In this document: positions 37,366 through 50,830 of the stretch, in pieces
Position numbering within the stretch: position 1 is the first letter of the stretch
Layout: each line of letters opens with the position of its first letter
DNA from: Phallusia mammillata
Taxonomy: Eukaryota
NCBI GenBank assembly: GCA_965637545.1
Contig: OZ281495.1
Location: 29,078,001 to 29,142,000, forward strand
Direction of reading: 5' to 3'
Length of the DNA stretch: 64,000 nucleotides
Notes under the pieces: model-generated
What the model saw: only the letters and a program-made list of their open reading frames with translations
The model's database searches: none
Told to the model about the DNA's origin: nothing
Translations under genes and position numbers: made by a program

Positions 37366-40300
37366 ATGCCTGGAGGTAAGAATAACCTTTGTAACTAAAC
37401 GTTATTGTGTTTCTGTTGGTATCAGTATAAAGCATGTTTGCACAAACATCTTAACTGGGTTTACAGATCGCCGGTTGTGTGGATTTAAACTTAACCGATT
37501 GCAATTGTAAATACCAAATTGTTAACTTGACTGTTGAGTATTTAGAAACGTAAACTGTATGTTTAAATAATTGAAAAGGTGGCCATTTCCTAATAACTTT
37601 ACACCTGTCAAAATCATAGTACACCAGGCCCTTGAAGTCATGATACCACATTGACCACTCCCAACTTTAAACCTGTATTTATTTTTGGCTTATTTTTATT
37701 TCAAGACATTTTTGTTTCAGATAAACGGAGTTCTGTGTCGATTTTATCCAAGGGAAAAGATGATGTTTTCAAATTGGAAGTACCCGCATTAAAGAAGGTT
37801 TTGAAACCAGCTTGGGACAAACCTATCGCTATCATATCAGTATGTGGCGACAAACGGAAGGGAAAGTCCTTCATTCTCAACATGTTTCTACGCTATTTGG
37901 AACAGGTAAGACATCGAACTATGATGGGTGGTACTAAATATCCATTGATACCGCATGTTACCGCATGGTATACAACACCGTATTGTGCATGGTTTAAGGC
38001 ACGTGAGAATGTAAGCACCAACAAAAGTACATGAGCCTAGATTGTAGTGTATTTTTCAATTGCATACCCCCACCCCAAAAGCTCCAATTAGCCGAAGTCG
38101 ATTTCAAAAGTCCGCAAAATTATAATCTTTACGTAAAGTTAGTTTGTGTCCCATTAAAACTGCTTACCATGCGGTAGCATGCGGTATCAGGCGGTATTTA
38201 GTATCAACGACTGTCACCGGTCGTTTACAAGTTGTGGTTAAGCATTCCGTGTTGGAACCGCCTTTCTTGACTAACACGTTGTGTGAACTTCGATTTTAAT
38301 AGCTTTAAACCTTTATACTGGGATCAATAATGACAACTGTTTCTTGCCTAGTACTGAAATCAATGGTTTGTTTATCGTTTTCACCTGTTGTACAGACTGG
38401 AAGTGGCAGGGATCGCTCTACATCCATGAACCCGCTCAAGTGGGTTGGCAGTGAACTTCATCCTGCGTTCGAGTGGAGAGGAGGAAGTAGAAGGAACACA
38501 GAAGGAATCTGGATCTTAGATCGTCCTCTTATGGTGGAGACATCCGAAGGGGAGGTTCGTGTTATTGTTTCTGTACCAAAGATCAAATGCATGCGTCAGT
38601 TACTTTTGCTATCTCTACAGTTTGCCTGCCACAATATGTAACTCAGTAGCCACAAACATCATAAAGTTGGAGGTTTAAATTCAATAGCAAGCACTTTGTT
38701 GTTTATTATATGATAGCTGACAAGCTAAAACTGGTCAAATTATCAGCAAACCGTATGTAACGAACAGGTCGCCCTGTATCTGATGGACACACAAGGAATG
38801 TTCGACAGTCAAACCTCTAAGAAGGAATGTTCCCAGATTTTTGCTCTTGCGACCCTTATGAGCTCGCATCTCGTCTTTAACCTCATGAGACAAATACAAG
38901 CAAACGATCTTGAGTATCTTGACGTAAGTTAGATATTCAAGACGACACTCTAACTTGAATATAAAATTGAATAAAATTTCTTTCTACTTTAGTTTTGGAC
39001 GCAGACAGCCAAATACGTTGAAAGCGGGACATCTGAGGCATTTTTCCAGGTACTCCATGTAAAAATATTAAATATTTAGTCGCTTTATTGTAGTTGTTAC
39101 TAAATGAACTTTAAGCTGGTTAAGCTTTCAGCAGTTAACTCTGCGAAAAAGCACACATCACTCATGCAAGAACGCTACAATTACACTATAGTTTGACCGT
39201 TTATACCTCAATCAGTATGTGTGCACAATGTCAACAGGTTACACAACATTTTATAACACTGAATTCTTTTAAATAAAGTCCCTTATTCAAATAGAATCTT
39301 CTTTTCCTTCTACGCGATTTCTCTTTTGCCGATTACGGGTTTGGAATCGAAGCCGGAGAACGATATTTGAACGAGGAATTCACTGAATCGGACGACAAGG
39401 ATCGTGCAGTAAACGAAAACATACGTAACCTGAAGAACGTCTTCTTCAATGTGTCTGCGTTCGGAATGCCGGAACCAGAAAGATGTGTTACTGCACGGAA
39501 AGAGGAAGACCAACCGATTAACTTGCAAGGTATCTACACTATATACGCCCAACCTCTTGTTGCCGTTTAAAACTAAAATAAACTGAGAAAGCAAAGGGGT
39601 TGTGTCAACGTGAAGGCCAAATGTTTAGTCGAACGCATACATTACAGTTAAAGATGACGAGCTTTATATTGAACGCTGGTTTTAGTTAGCTAGGATTTAA
39701 GAATTATCGTGAATGTTATCTTGTAGGTTTTTTTGTTGTAAGACAACTGTTCTAACCATATTTACCAATTTTAACTTTTTTGTAGCTGCCGGAAAAGACT
39801 TCCTGAAATCGGCAACCGACTTGTTTAAATGTCTACGAAACGACATCAGTCCACTGCAATTGAACGGAAATCCGATGAGTGGTGCACAGTTATACGACTA
39901 CGTAGTAAATTGCAGCAAGAATCTGCTCAGCGACAAAATTCCAGATCCTTACACACTGAGTGAGGTAAAAATCCTATTTAGTGAAGCTTTTCTCTACTTG
40001 AACAAACTCATAACAGATCTGACAGTGGAGTGGAGAAGCAACAGTCTATTTTATGTTGTAAATTTGTTTCTTTTTTGCAGTCAGTCTCTATGTTTCAACT
40101 TCGCAGTCTCGTTGATCGCGAAAAGGATAAATATGAAGCGGATATGGAAAAGGTAACAGATCGGAGTTTATTAGAGTCTTGGATTTACTATTGTACTTTA
40201 TGTGTTGATTTTAGATTCTGGAGGATTTCAAAGGCAGCATGATCGACGTCCTTAACCAACACACAAAGCTTTTAAAAGAGGCTCTGGAGCGATATGACAC

Positions 40301-41283
40301 AACTTCCAAATTCGGAAGAGAGGATGTGATCTTGGACTACAGGGGCATGCTGGAGCTTGGGATAATGGAGGCCTACGATGTATTTTACTCTTACCAGGAG
40401 AAGAAGCTCCAGCTGAAAGACTCCGAGAACAGACGTGAGGAAGAAGCAAAAATTGCTCAAGAACGACACGATCAACTCAACGAACTGGTCGGAAGACAAG
40501 AGCAGCAGATGAAAGAAGCTGCCGCAAAACATGCAAAGGATGCAGAGGACCTGCGAGAATGCATTAAGGAGCAGGAGAGGCGCTTTAAAGAGGTAGAAGA
40601 GGCTAGAAAACGGGAAGCTGAAGAGGCAAGGAAAGTACTCGAGGAGCAGCAGAGGATGTTTAAAGAATCCGAGATCGCCAGAAAGAAGGAAACTGCTGAG
40701 GCGACTGCAAGGCTCAACGAGCAGAAGCGCGAAATTCAAAAGATGGCTAACGACCACTCCAAGGAAGCAGAAGAGGCGCGTAAACGCTTCAAGGAGCAAG
40801 AGGAACGGTTTCGCGAACAGGAAGAGCAACGTAAGAGGGATGCAGAGAAGGCGCGTGAGAGAAATGAAGAACAGAGGAAAGAGTACCAACGTCTGGAGGA
40901 GCTCCGACAACAGGAGGCAGAAGAGGCCAGGCAACAAGCTGAGAAGCAGTGGGAGCAACTGCAAGCTCTGGAAGAGAAGAGATCCAAGGAATCAAAAGAG
41001 GCTCGTGAAGTGATGGAGAAGCAACTGGAAACGATGAGAGAAACTATGGAACGACAGCGAAGAGAAATGGAGGTTTGTTTTGTGTTTTTCCTGTCGTTTA
41101 CTTGCACTATGTTTGACTTGCTTTAGGTAAACCACGAAAGCAGCTTTGATTTCCTTTCCGTGGTTTTAATCATTTTGTCATCGGTATTCAAAGACCTAAA
41201 AAGTACTTGTTTTTTAGGAAGAACAGGCAGTCGGAGGTATTGGAAAGATTATCGGTTGGGTCGCAAACAAATTCCTGAAATAA
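37366..41283 (+). CDS. Atlastin/GBP-family large GTPase with coiled coil and amphipathic tail (copy B), about 658 aa
   Basis: Exons 37366-37375, 37721-37905, 38396-38554, 38768-38923, 38993-39049, 39295-39529, 39786-39964, 40081-40152, 40215-41072, 41218-41283 (1977 nt, open). Motifs GDKRKGKS, FEWRGGSRRNTEGIWI, MDTQGMFD, FLLRD. Ends EEQAVGGIGKIIGWVANKFLK*. Confidence 0.9.
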
Positions 41284-42145
41284 AGGTGATAAAAATAAGT
41301 TATGAGTACTCTACTTCTACACTTTATAAATGACCAAACATTTATGTCATATTGTCATCATAACATATAGATTTTTGGCTATCTACATGTCTGGCACATG
41401 ACAGCAAACCAATGCAGTCCAAAACGCAAATACAATGCTTGTTGTGTGGAGCCTAATAATTGGGAAGCTTTTTTGTTTAAAGGTTTTCGTCTTCCTTGAC
41501 GGGCGGTGATCAAGAAAGCCTACTTGGATTTTTGTCTTGGCTTTATTTTCTTGTTGATATTTTTGCAATGTTCCGTATTGTACAGTGTTTCGTTTTTGTG
41601 CGCCTACAAAATGTTTTGTTATGCTTTTAATGTCGCTTGTTGTACTGAAAAACATTTCTTTACGAAATCTTAAACTGTTTTCGGAATAAACAGTGCTTTT
41701 ACTATGCGACCAACTAAGTGTATTGGCGAAGATGAAAAATATGTTTTTGCACTAGACCCTGCAAGTCTCACAAAAAACGGGACATGTTCTTGCGTGGGTT
41801 GTGTGCCAACCGTTTGCGTGGGGGCGTTGTGTAAAGAATCGTTCCGTTTGTCAAGAAATTCCAAAGGTCATCGGCTTTCCAATGAGGAACTGGTTATGCG
41901 CGGGGTGGATTAATTGTCTGCATCAAATCTGTAACTCCATACCTCTGTAACAGTCGCTTGTTGTTTGACGTGGTTCCTTTTAAATAGATTATTTGCTTGG
42001 TATTTGTTTCAATGTTTTGTACGCCATTGATTTATATCGCAGAAACCCGATACCTAACAATCGATTGGCAAGTTTTGCTGACAGAGTAGTGCGACTGGAT
42101 TTGCCGCGTCTGGCGTAGACGGTTGAAAATCGCTGAATGTGTATA

Positions 42146-42440
42146 GGGTTGCCATCGACATGGACCCTAAAGTAAAGACAACCGAAAAAATGCACTTTTA
42201 TACGATTCCAAACAAACGTGCTGGAACAAAACTTTGCGGTTATACGATTAAATATCACATGCCATATATTATGCCAAAAACAATCTGTTCCAGCAACTCC
42301 TTGTTCGTAGAAATTACTTTGTACATCTCACAACAGCTGAGGTCTAGGTTTACTTTAATTTGTAGCAGGGACTTGACTGGGATTAGACATTGCCCTTCAA
42401 AAAAGGACAAATATTATAAATAAGGACGGTATGGCAATCT
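42146..42440. mobile_element. hAT-like MITE
   Basis: Imperfect TIR GGGTTGCCAT / ATGGCAATCT flanked by the 8 bp direct repeat TGTGTATA. Confidence 0.6.
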
Positions 42441-42489
42441 TGTGTATAGGCGAACTGAAATAAAAGCACACAACAGCATACATCGTGAT

Positions 42490-43060
42490 TAAAACCCTTT
42501 AAGTTTACTGAGCAAATATCGTAGTTGTTTGCAAAGCAATAAATAAGTCACCCAAACGACTTACGTCAAGTCGCTGACCCTGTCTTTTAAGGATTAAACA
42601 GTCACTGTGTTGCCTTGCACTTTAAATTTTAAAACGGGATTGCGTTTGTGCGGCATGAGATTAAATGAAACCTGCATCGACCTTCGAAACTTTAGTTTCG
42701 CCCAGACAGCCAAACAGGCGTCACTTTGTCTATGATAGCGGTTGTTTGAATGTCGTCATTTAAAACTTTACCGGTATCACGTGAGCAACGAATGTTTACA
42801 TGCAGATCGCCTACGGTCAGTTTCGGTTCCTCTCTCGTAAGGGCAATCAGCTTACTTGGAGAGGCGAGAGTAAAGTTTCGCCACCGTCAGAAAACTTTTT
42901 AAACTTTAATTTGCAACTCCAAGCGTTTTGCACTCGAAGCTGAGGAGAATAAATGAGCGCTCCACACCGTTTCTTCTTTTCTCCTGTGTGCTCCTCGCTT
43001 GCGCGGTGTCGTGGGTGTAAGCTGGATAAGGTTTTTGATAAACAGAGTTCTCCGTTTAAC
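42490..43060 (+). promoter_or_regulatory. Conserved upstream non-coding module of gene C
   Basis: Shares blocks with 50260-50830: aagtttactgagcaaatatcgtagttgtttgcaaag, gaaactttagtttcgcccagacag, tcgcctacggtc, agtttcgccaccg. Confidence 0.55.
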
Positions 43061-43981
43061 ATTGTTTTAGAATGAAACTAAAAGCGATCCACTGTTGCAC
43101 ACGCTGGAAAGGCCTTGCATCGATATACATTTTGATTTGAATGCAGTTGAAAAGGCAAATGGGATTTTTCAAATTAAACAGTGTTAAAAATGTCCAAGAA
43201 GTGCACAAAATGTGTGTTGCTTTATATTGGGACGTTTTTTTAATGTTGAAATAACAAAACCACATCCAGGCACCAATTTCAAATAACGTAGGCAAGGTGG
43301 TATTGTTTGGGGAGTTCTATAATAGGAAAGCTGTTACCAGTTATCAGTAGCCCAGGAGTTCTAAAATGTTAAACAAACATTTAAGCCAGCAAGTTTTGCC
43401 ACGAACATGTGACTGTGGATTCAGTTCCTATTTTGACTCATAACTTATATACGGTCGATGACGTTACAGTCATACTTTTTTGGTTCCTCTGTGGACTCAT
43501 GTGAATATTGAGTGAAATTAGAGTCAGTAAGTTTGATTCCCTTTTGACGCCGCACCAGCGAATCGCTCGAAAGGGCAAATCTGCCTTGGTATTGTCTGCG
43601 TGTAGGAATGTTATTGAGCGCAGCCGGCACGGTGCTTCCAGACATGTGACTAGTATAGCGAAACTTTGGACTAAAGGTGGTTTTTGCTAGCCAGTTGTCA
43701 TCGGTTAAAGGGTTATTTGGTTATTTGGATTCATACAGAAAGCAAAGTATTAGATTGTTGCACAGTTATTGTCACGTAAAAGTAGAAAAGTTATTTAGTC
43801 CGCTTTGACATCTGAGTTTTAGTCCGTAATTAAGTCAGATCGTTGCTGTATGTGGCTTGTTTCGCCCACGCCAAAAATTCTCTCGACTCAATTTAAATTC
43901 GTACGTATTTCTTTTGCAGAAACTTGATGTTTTAAGGAAAAACTTAAAATGACACTGTGACAGCACTGAAAAAGTATTGCT

Positions 43982-46900
43982 ATGACAGGTATGTATGCGC
44001 ACAAACAGTACGTAGGTCAATATTTGCAGTCTGTTTCTACTTTTTCCACACATTTTTCGTTTAAGGACTCATAGCCAATATTGAGATTTATTGTGTTCAT
44101 ACATTTGCCGTCGTACTAAATCTATCAAGGTTACGCTGCTATATTACCGCACATTTGTTTGGTTTCATGGCAACCTGACATATAAAAGCAAGCTAAACTT
44201 GAGGTCAATCGTTAATGCTTGATTTAAACCCGATACCTTATCGTAGTGGGACAAGGACTGCGCAGTTTATGACCCTGGGAAACACGTAAGGAAAATCACT
44301 AAACCCACAGTCTGCAGACCAATAAACATTACAACAAAGATCAACTTTCATTTCCCTTGTATACATTGCAATATTGCCTAAGTTTAACATTTTTTCAGAC
44401 AATTACAACACCGTCCAAGTTCTGATCAAAGGCCCAGACGACTCGTTTGATCTTAATAAAGACGGTTTGAAAGCAGCTTTGAAGAATGCATGGGAATATC
44501 CTGTTTGTATCATCGCCATCTGTGGTGACAAAAGAAAGGGAAAATCCTTTATTCTCAACATGTTTCTTCGTTACCTTATAAAGGTAGAATTATAATGTAT
44601 AAAGTTTATGTTTGTAATTGTACCAAACACTTTCACTGACTTAATCTAAAAAGTTGTTTAAAGCAATGTACTGACTTCGTTGTTGCCTATAAAAACAGTT
44701 GTGATTCAGGATTAACGACAGAGGTGTCAAACCGTAATCTCAAGACAATTAGCTCTTTTACCAAAAAACTGCTCTGCATAACCAACAACGTCAGATTTTT
44801 TTATGGGGAGATTTAGTAATTTTTTATTAATTTTGGGTACTTTTTTGCAGGGTCTACCAAAAACCTCACTATTGTCATACTGGTGGGGTACCAAGGAAGA
44901 TCTACATGCAGCTTTCGAGTGGAGAGGAGGGTCAAGAAGAAACACAGAAGGAATCTGGATTCTTGACAAACCAATCCTGGTCGATACCCTCGATGGCAAA
45001 GTGAATATTTTTATTTATTTTTGCTACGAAGTTCGATCAAGATATAACTTTGCAAAACAGAAATTTGACAACAGCTCGTATTAGCAAAGTGTAGTTTGTA
45101 CTGCTAGCTAACGCATACATTGTTGAGTAATAACCTACAGTCAAAATAGGCCTGAAAACATCTTTATATTTAACCAGGTTGCTCTTTACTTAATGGACAC
45201 ACAAGGAATGTTCGACAGTCAAACCTCCAAGAGGGAATGTTCCCAGATTTTTGCTCTTGCCACGCTTATGAGCTCACAGCTTGTCTTCAACCTCATGAAA
45301 CAAATACAAGCAAACGATCTTGAGTATCTTGACGTAAGTTTGATAATATTTACCTCGACAATATCGTTTCAAAACACGTGTGTACCCATCTGATTTAATT
45401 ACATAAAAAATGTCTAAGACTTTAACTGAACAAAACGATACAAACCGTTAAAAAACGACGTTATATAGTAATGTGAAAAGCGTTTTAGAACGATAGTTTT
45501 TATGCAAGCTTTATAAGTTGTCATAATGTTTGTTATTAAACTTAGACGTTTTCTGGCGACCACAATAGACATTTTTCTTTGCCTTGTAGTTTTGGACGCA
45601 GACGGCGAAATTTGTAAACACTGGATCAGACGAGGCATTTTTTCAGGTATTTCTTTTGATTTTATGCCTTTATTTAAAACTTATAGTAATGAGAGTTAAC
45701 ACCATTGTGTAATACACAAATCAAAATTACCATGAACATGAAAATTCGAAATTGCAGAGTTTGCTGTTCCTCATCCGGGACTTTTCCTTTCCCGATTATG
45801 GTTTTGGAATCCAAGCAGGGGAACGTTATCTTCAGGAGGAGTTGAAAGAGTCTGACGACAAAACGGCTACAGTGAACGAAAACATCAGAAACTTAAGAAA
45901 CGTGTTTTCCAGTGTAAATGCATTTGGAATGCCAACACCTCATAAATCCGTCACTGCGCGAAAAGAGGAAGACAAACCGGTTAATTTGCAGTGTAAGAAT
46001 AAAAATAGAAGTGCCGTTTACAATTATTTTTGCCATTTTACCAAAACGTGTATTTAAAAAAAAATAAACATGTTTATTACTGCATATTTCAGATGCTGGA
46101 AAATCGTTCATGCAGAATGCTGAGGACCTGTTTAAGCATCTTAAGGAAAATATCTCTCCTCTGAGTTTAAACGGAAGTCCGATGAGCGGAGAACAACTGT
46201 ACGACTACGTGTTGAGTTGCGGCGAAAATCTGCTTAGTGACCAAGTTCCTGATCCAGTTAGTCTGAGTGAGGTGAGTCCCATTGTTTTCAAAATTGTAAA
46301 GCAGCATAGTAGTTTTGTGATTTTACCTGAACACTGAACACACATTGTTAGGAGTGGTTTTAAACGTGTTATTGCATTCTGCAGTCGGTTTCAAAGTTCC
46401 AACTTGGAAAACTGGTGGAACAAGAAAAGGCCGAATACGAGAGAATCATGAAAGAGGTAAGTTCAGTTTTAATTCCAGAAAATGATTACGTAGGCTATTT
46501 TCAAAGTGGTTTAGTCCTACCCTGGTAGTAAATTTTCATAAAAATACAATGTGTCCAATTGAGTACGCAGTCAAGCTCGTCTCACGTGCATTTAATACAA
46601 AGTAAATACTTCGTTTGTCTTCAGTGAAAACGGACAGCTTTGTGCTGTAATTGTTTTCACACAACTCAGATTTTCGGAAAAGTGTCAAAAACTGGACTTG
46701 ATTTGACCTTATCTATGAGCGTGTACTGTTTGCAGCTTATATCGAAACCTGTTTTATATTTTTGTTGTGAGGCCAACTTGCCAACTCTTTAGTTTTGTGT
46801 ACTATCTTGCAACACTATTATACCTCACAGGCGATGGACACCTACGAAGGTACGCTTTCTGATCTCTATAAATATCACGAGCTGCAACTCCTCGAGGGGC

Positions 46901-48519
46901 TGGGAAGATTTGACAAGGTTCATAAGTTCGGCAGAGATGATGTGATTATGGACTACAGAAATACGCTCAAGCTGGACATTGTCGAAATTTACAACGTCCT
47001 CTCAACCTATTTTACCCAAAAGTTAGAGCTGAAAGACTCCGAGAACAAGCGAGAGGAAGAGGCAAGGATTGCCAAACTAAGGGAAGATCAATTGGGCGAC
47101 ATGGTACAGAGACAGGAAGATCAAATGAAAGAAACAGCTGCAAAACACGCCAGGGATGCAGAGGAGATGAAGAAGCGACTTGAAGAACAAGAGAAGCGTT
47201 TTCAGGAAGCAGAAGAACAAAGAAAAACGGAAACGGAGGAAGCAAGAAAGCTGCTGGAAGATCAACAGAGGCTACACAAAGAAGCGGAAATCGCGCGAAG
47301 CATGGAGGCTGCCGAGGCAAAAGCTCGGTTTGAGGATCAAAAGCAGAAGATTCAGAAAATGGAAAATGACAATTCGAAACAGGCGCAGGAGGCACGAAAG
47401 AACTTCCAGCAGATGGAGGCGCGTCACAGGCGGGAAGAACAAGAAAGAAAAGCTGACGCAGAAAAGGCGCGTCAAAATTATGAGCAACAAATGAAAGATT
47501 ACAAAACGATGCAGGAGAAAAAAGAAACAGAGGCTAAATCAGCGAGAGAACAGCAACAGAAAATGTGGGACCAGCAAAAAGCTGCTGACGATCGTCGATA
47601 CGAGGAGGCCAAAGCAGCACAAGCAAGAACAGAAAAGCAATTACAGGAAATGCGACAAAAACTGCAAAATCACCCGAGGCGTGTAAGTATTTTTTCATCA
47701 CATATGGGTTTTTTTAATTCTAAACTGCAAATTGCAGTAAATGTTATACTGCTTTTTTTGTAAACATGTTGTTCAATCACGTTTGTAGAGCTCTTCTGAC
47801 AAATGTAATTATATTCCGACGTTTCGACGTCTCATATAGGTCGTCTTCATCAGGGTAGATAACACTGAATGCGACTAGTACAGTGCATTCACGCGTTATC
47901 ACAAGGCCGCCGTATTGATATTAATGCGGCGTCTGTTGTGGCCCGGGAGCCTGACTATAGGAAAAGATTATTTCTTGAGTCATGGAATATTCACCAACGG
48001 GGTAACACAATGAACATCAAAACAGACGTGATGCTTTCAACGTGCTACAGGCACCTCCTTAAAGATTCTCGCGCGGTGCTTTCGTTGCGTTGTGACGTGC
48101 TTGCGTTCCATTATTTTTCCTTTGTTTATCGTGCACTGTCCTCGTTGCATTCAGTTTTATTTACCCGGATGAAGACCAGTGCTGGATTAACCATTAGGCA
48201 AAGTAGGCACGTGCCTACAGGCCAGTCAAAAATCCAGGCCACAAAATTATGACAATGATTAGGCAACACTGATAATTCTTTTTTTTCTTTGGCAACCCTG
48301 ATTTTCGGGCCACTTATAAAATGTGCCTACTTCCCAGCAGACCCTTAATCCGGCAGTGATGAAGACGACCTGTACATTTCTCAGAAGAGCTATACAAACT
48401 TGATATTATGCCTTGATATGGCAGCAAATAGCTTATATGTTGGTCAATAGTCAAAAACCTTAATTATACTTGCTTAACTTGTTTTCCAGAAACGAAAGGA
48501 TAAGTGCATCATCTCATGA
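43982..48519 (+). CDS. Atlastin/GBP-family large GTPase with coiled coil and CaaX box (copy C), about 640 aa
   Basis: Exons 43982-43988, 44399-44583, 44851-45000, 45178-45333, 45590-45646, 45758-45992, 46093-46271, 46385-46456, 46831-47682, 48490-48519 (1923 nt, open). G1-G4 intact. Ends KRKDKCIIS*. Confidence 0.9.
47781..48399. mobile_element. Penelope-like retroelement remnant (GIY-YIG C-terminal fragment, inverted ends, hammerhead core) in the last intron of gene C
   Basis: Plus-strand peptide HALSQGRRIDINAASVVAREPDYRKRLFLESWNIHQRGNTMNIKTDVMLSTCYRHLLK resembles the end of PLE GIY-YIG endonucleases. Inverted repeats at 47781-47807/48373-48399 and 47838-47852/48357-48371. Hammerhead core on the minus strand at 47853-47818. 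Absent from the 139 bp equivalent intron of gene D. Confidence 0.75.
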
Positions 48520-50259
48520 ACTCATTTTCTATTTGTCTTTGAAAACTGCTTTTAATTTTTGTTTTGTTCTATTTCTTGTGTGAATATTCATGTGTGAATA
48601 TTTTTATGACACTATTTTCATGTGCTGGGTGTGATTTGTTTAAAATCTTTTAACTAATATTTGTTTTAGTGTTTTATACGAGACTGATTTTCATCGCTAT
48701 GTACCTATATTCCAAAAACATTTTACTGATCTATTTTGTAAACATGTTAGTCAATCAATACACGTCAAAAATCCTATTTTTACTTGCTTAACTTGTTTTA
48801 CAGAGACGAAGGTAACTGCATCATCTGAACCAATGAACCATTTCCAGTTCTTGCTTTGCCAATGAAAAATGCCTTTTGTTTTTGTTATATTGTTAGTGTG
48901 AATATCCAAAGCTGTTTTTATGATAATGGTTTCATGTGTTGGGTGTAATTTCTTACCAAGCTAAATATCTCTTATATTTTGTAACTTTTCGTTAAACAGA
49001 CATCCACTTCTTGAATTTCAACCAAACTTATCGGTCTTTGTAACTATTTTTGTGCGGTTTGGCAATTGTAAAATTGTTTACATGGTTTTGCATTGCTACA
49101 TCTATACGTGTTTAATCTTACTTCTGTTGCATTTTTTGTGTGTGATGTTATCGATACCTTTTCGATTTATGCTTTTTTGCTTTCATATGTCCTTTTTTGC
49201 ACTTGACAGAAAGCAGTAAAAAAGAAAAAAAGCCTAGAAGAGCGTACTTGTTTTGTGTCACTTAATATTGTGTCATTTTGTAATGTGATTGATGTGTATT
49301 AGGCACTTTTGCTTGTTGTTTGACGTGGTCCTTTTAAAATCATATATTTGATATTTGTTTCAGTGTTTAGTACGCGATTGCTTTACGTTACGACATCCCA
49401 CAACTCTCTCAGTATCTCAGAATTTTTTTTAATATATCAATTGTGAAAAACATTGCATAAATCGGTTAAAGTGTGTGCAATAAAACCGTGGGTGTTAAAA
49501 GCCCCTGGACTTGACTTCTAATCTGTTTCATACTTCCAAAAACTTGATAGGTTGCCTATGTGCACCTGAACATTACAGTGCACAAATATTCTGCATCGCA
49601 TTTTCAATAACGTGTGGTATTAATTAGCGAAACCAGAGTTTCGTCTAAAGCAGTGGTTCCCAACCTTTTTGTAGTCACGGACCCCTTTTATAAATTTTAT
49701 CGGTCCGCGCACCCCCAACGTAATTTAGTCTTTTTTCGTTTCCTTCATTCATTATACCTATACGTTATTATACTTTTTTGGGGGCAGAATTGTAATCAAC
49801 CTTCACAGTCCTAATAAGGTTCTGTACTGTAGCAGTCAATGCAACAAAGAGATAAATTTTCTGGTGTACAATACTTAAAACAAAGCACAAAGAATTATAT
49901 TGTTAATGTATGTTGTGATGTCACAATGGAGGAACAATCACAAGTTTTTCTTGATCCAAGGATTTGATAAACAGTTTGCACTCAGATGCAGGATTGTAAA
50001 AACGGTTTGGGAACTTAAAAATATTGTACTGTTGTTGTTAATACTACTACAAATGTTTGTTGCTGCGTCTGATGTAGTCGACCAGAAAACTTTTGACACA
50101 GTATAGGGCCTATAACATTTTATGTTACAAAACTTATATATCTATGATTGCGAACTACAATAGCGAATAGCTACAACCAAAATCACTTTTCATGGAAAAA
50201 GATAACTCAGTAATAAACCGCTGCCCACAAAGTGCCCCTTAGCATAGTCGTAATTAAGG

Positions 50260-50830
50260 TTCCTTAAAGTTTACTGAGCAAATATCGTAGTTGTTTGCAA
50301 AGTAACAAATAATTCAACCACACGACATACGTTAAGTCGCTGACCTTGCATTTTAAAGATTTACGCTACTACCATATTGCTTTAACTTTAATGTAAAAAC
50401 GCGTTTGGTGAGGCTCGAAATTTAATAAAACGTACATCGATCGTTGAAACTTTAGTTTCGCCCAGACAGACCAACAGACGTCACGGTGCCAAGGTCAACG
50501 CTGTGCAAATGTCGTGATCCAAAACCCAACATACATAACCGCTATCTCGTCACCAATGAATGTTAACATGCAGTTCGCCTACGGTCGGTTCAGATTTCAC
50601 TTTAATAAAGGGCGATCAACCTAACTTGGATAGGCAAAAATAGAGTTTCGCCACCGATCAGAAACCTCCCAACACCATTTTACCACTCCGGGCGTTTTCA
50701 ACAGCCACTCCAAGCTGACGAGGACAAATGAGCCGCTTATGCTTGTTTCTTCCTTTCTCCCATGCGTTACTCGCTTGCGCGGCGTCGCTGCTCCACAAGC
50801 CAGGTTCAATTTCTGTTGAACAGAGTTTTC
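50260..50830 (+). promoter_or_regulatory. Conserved upstream non-coding module of gene D
   Basis: Paralogous to 42490-43060 and, on the opposite strand, to 1-300. Confidence 0.55.

Noticed and set aside
41704-41913. 69-aa Cys-containing ORF downstream of gene B
   Set aside because: Short, no recognisable motif or splice support.
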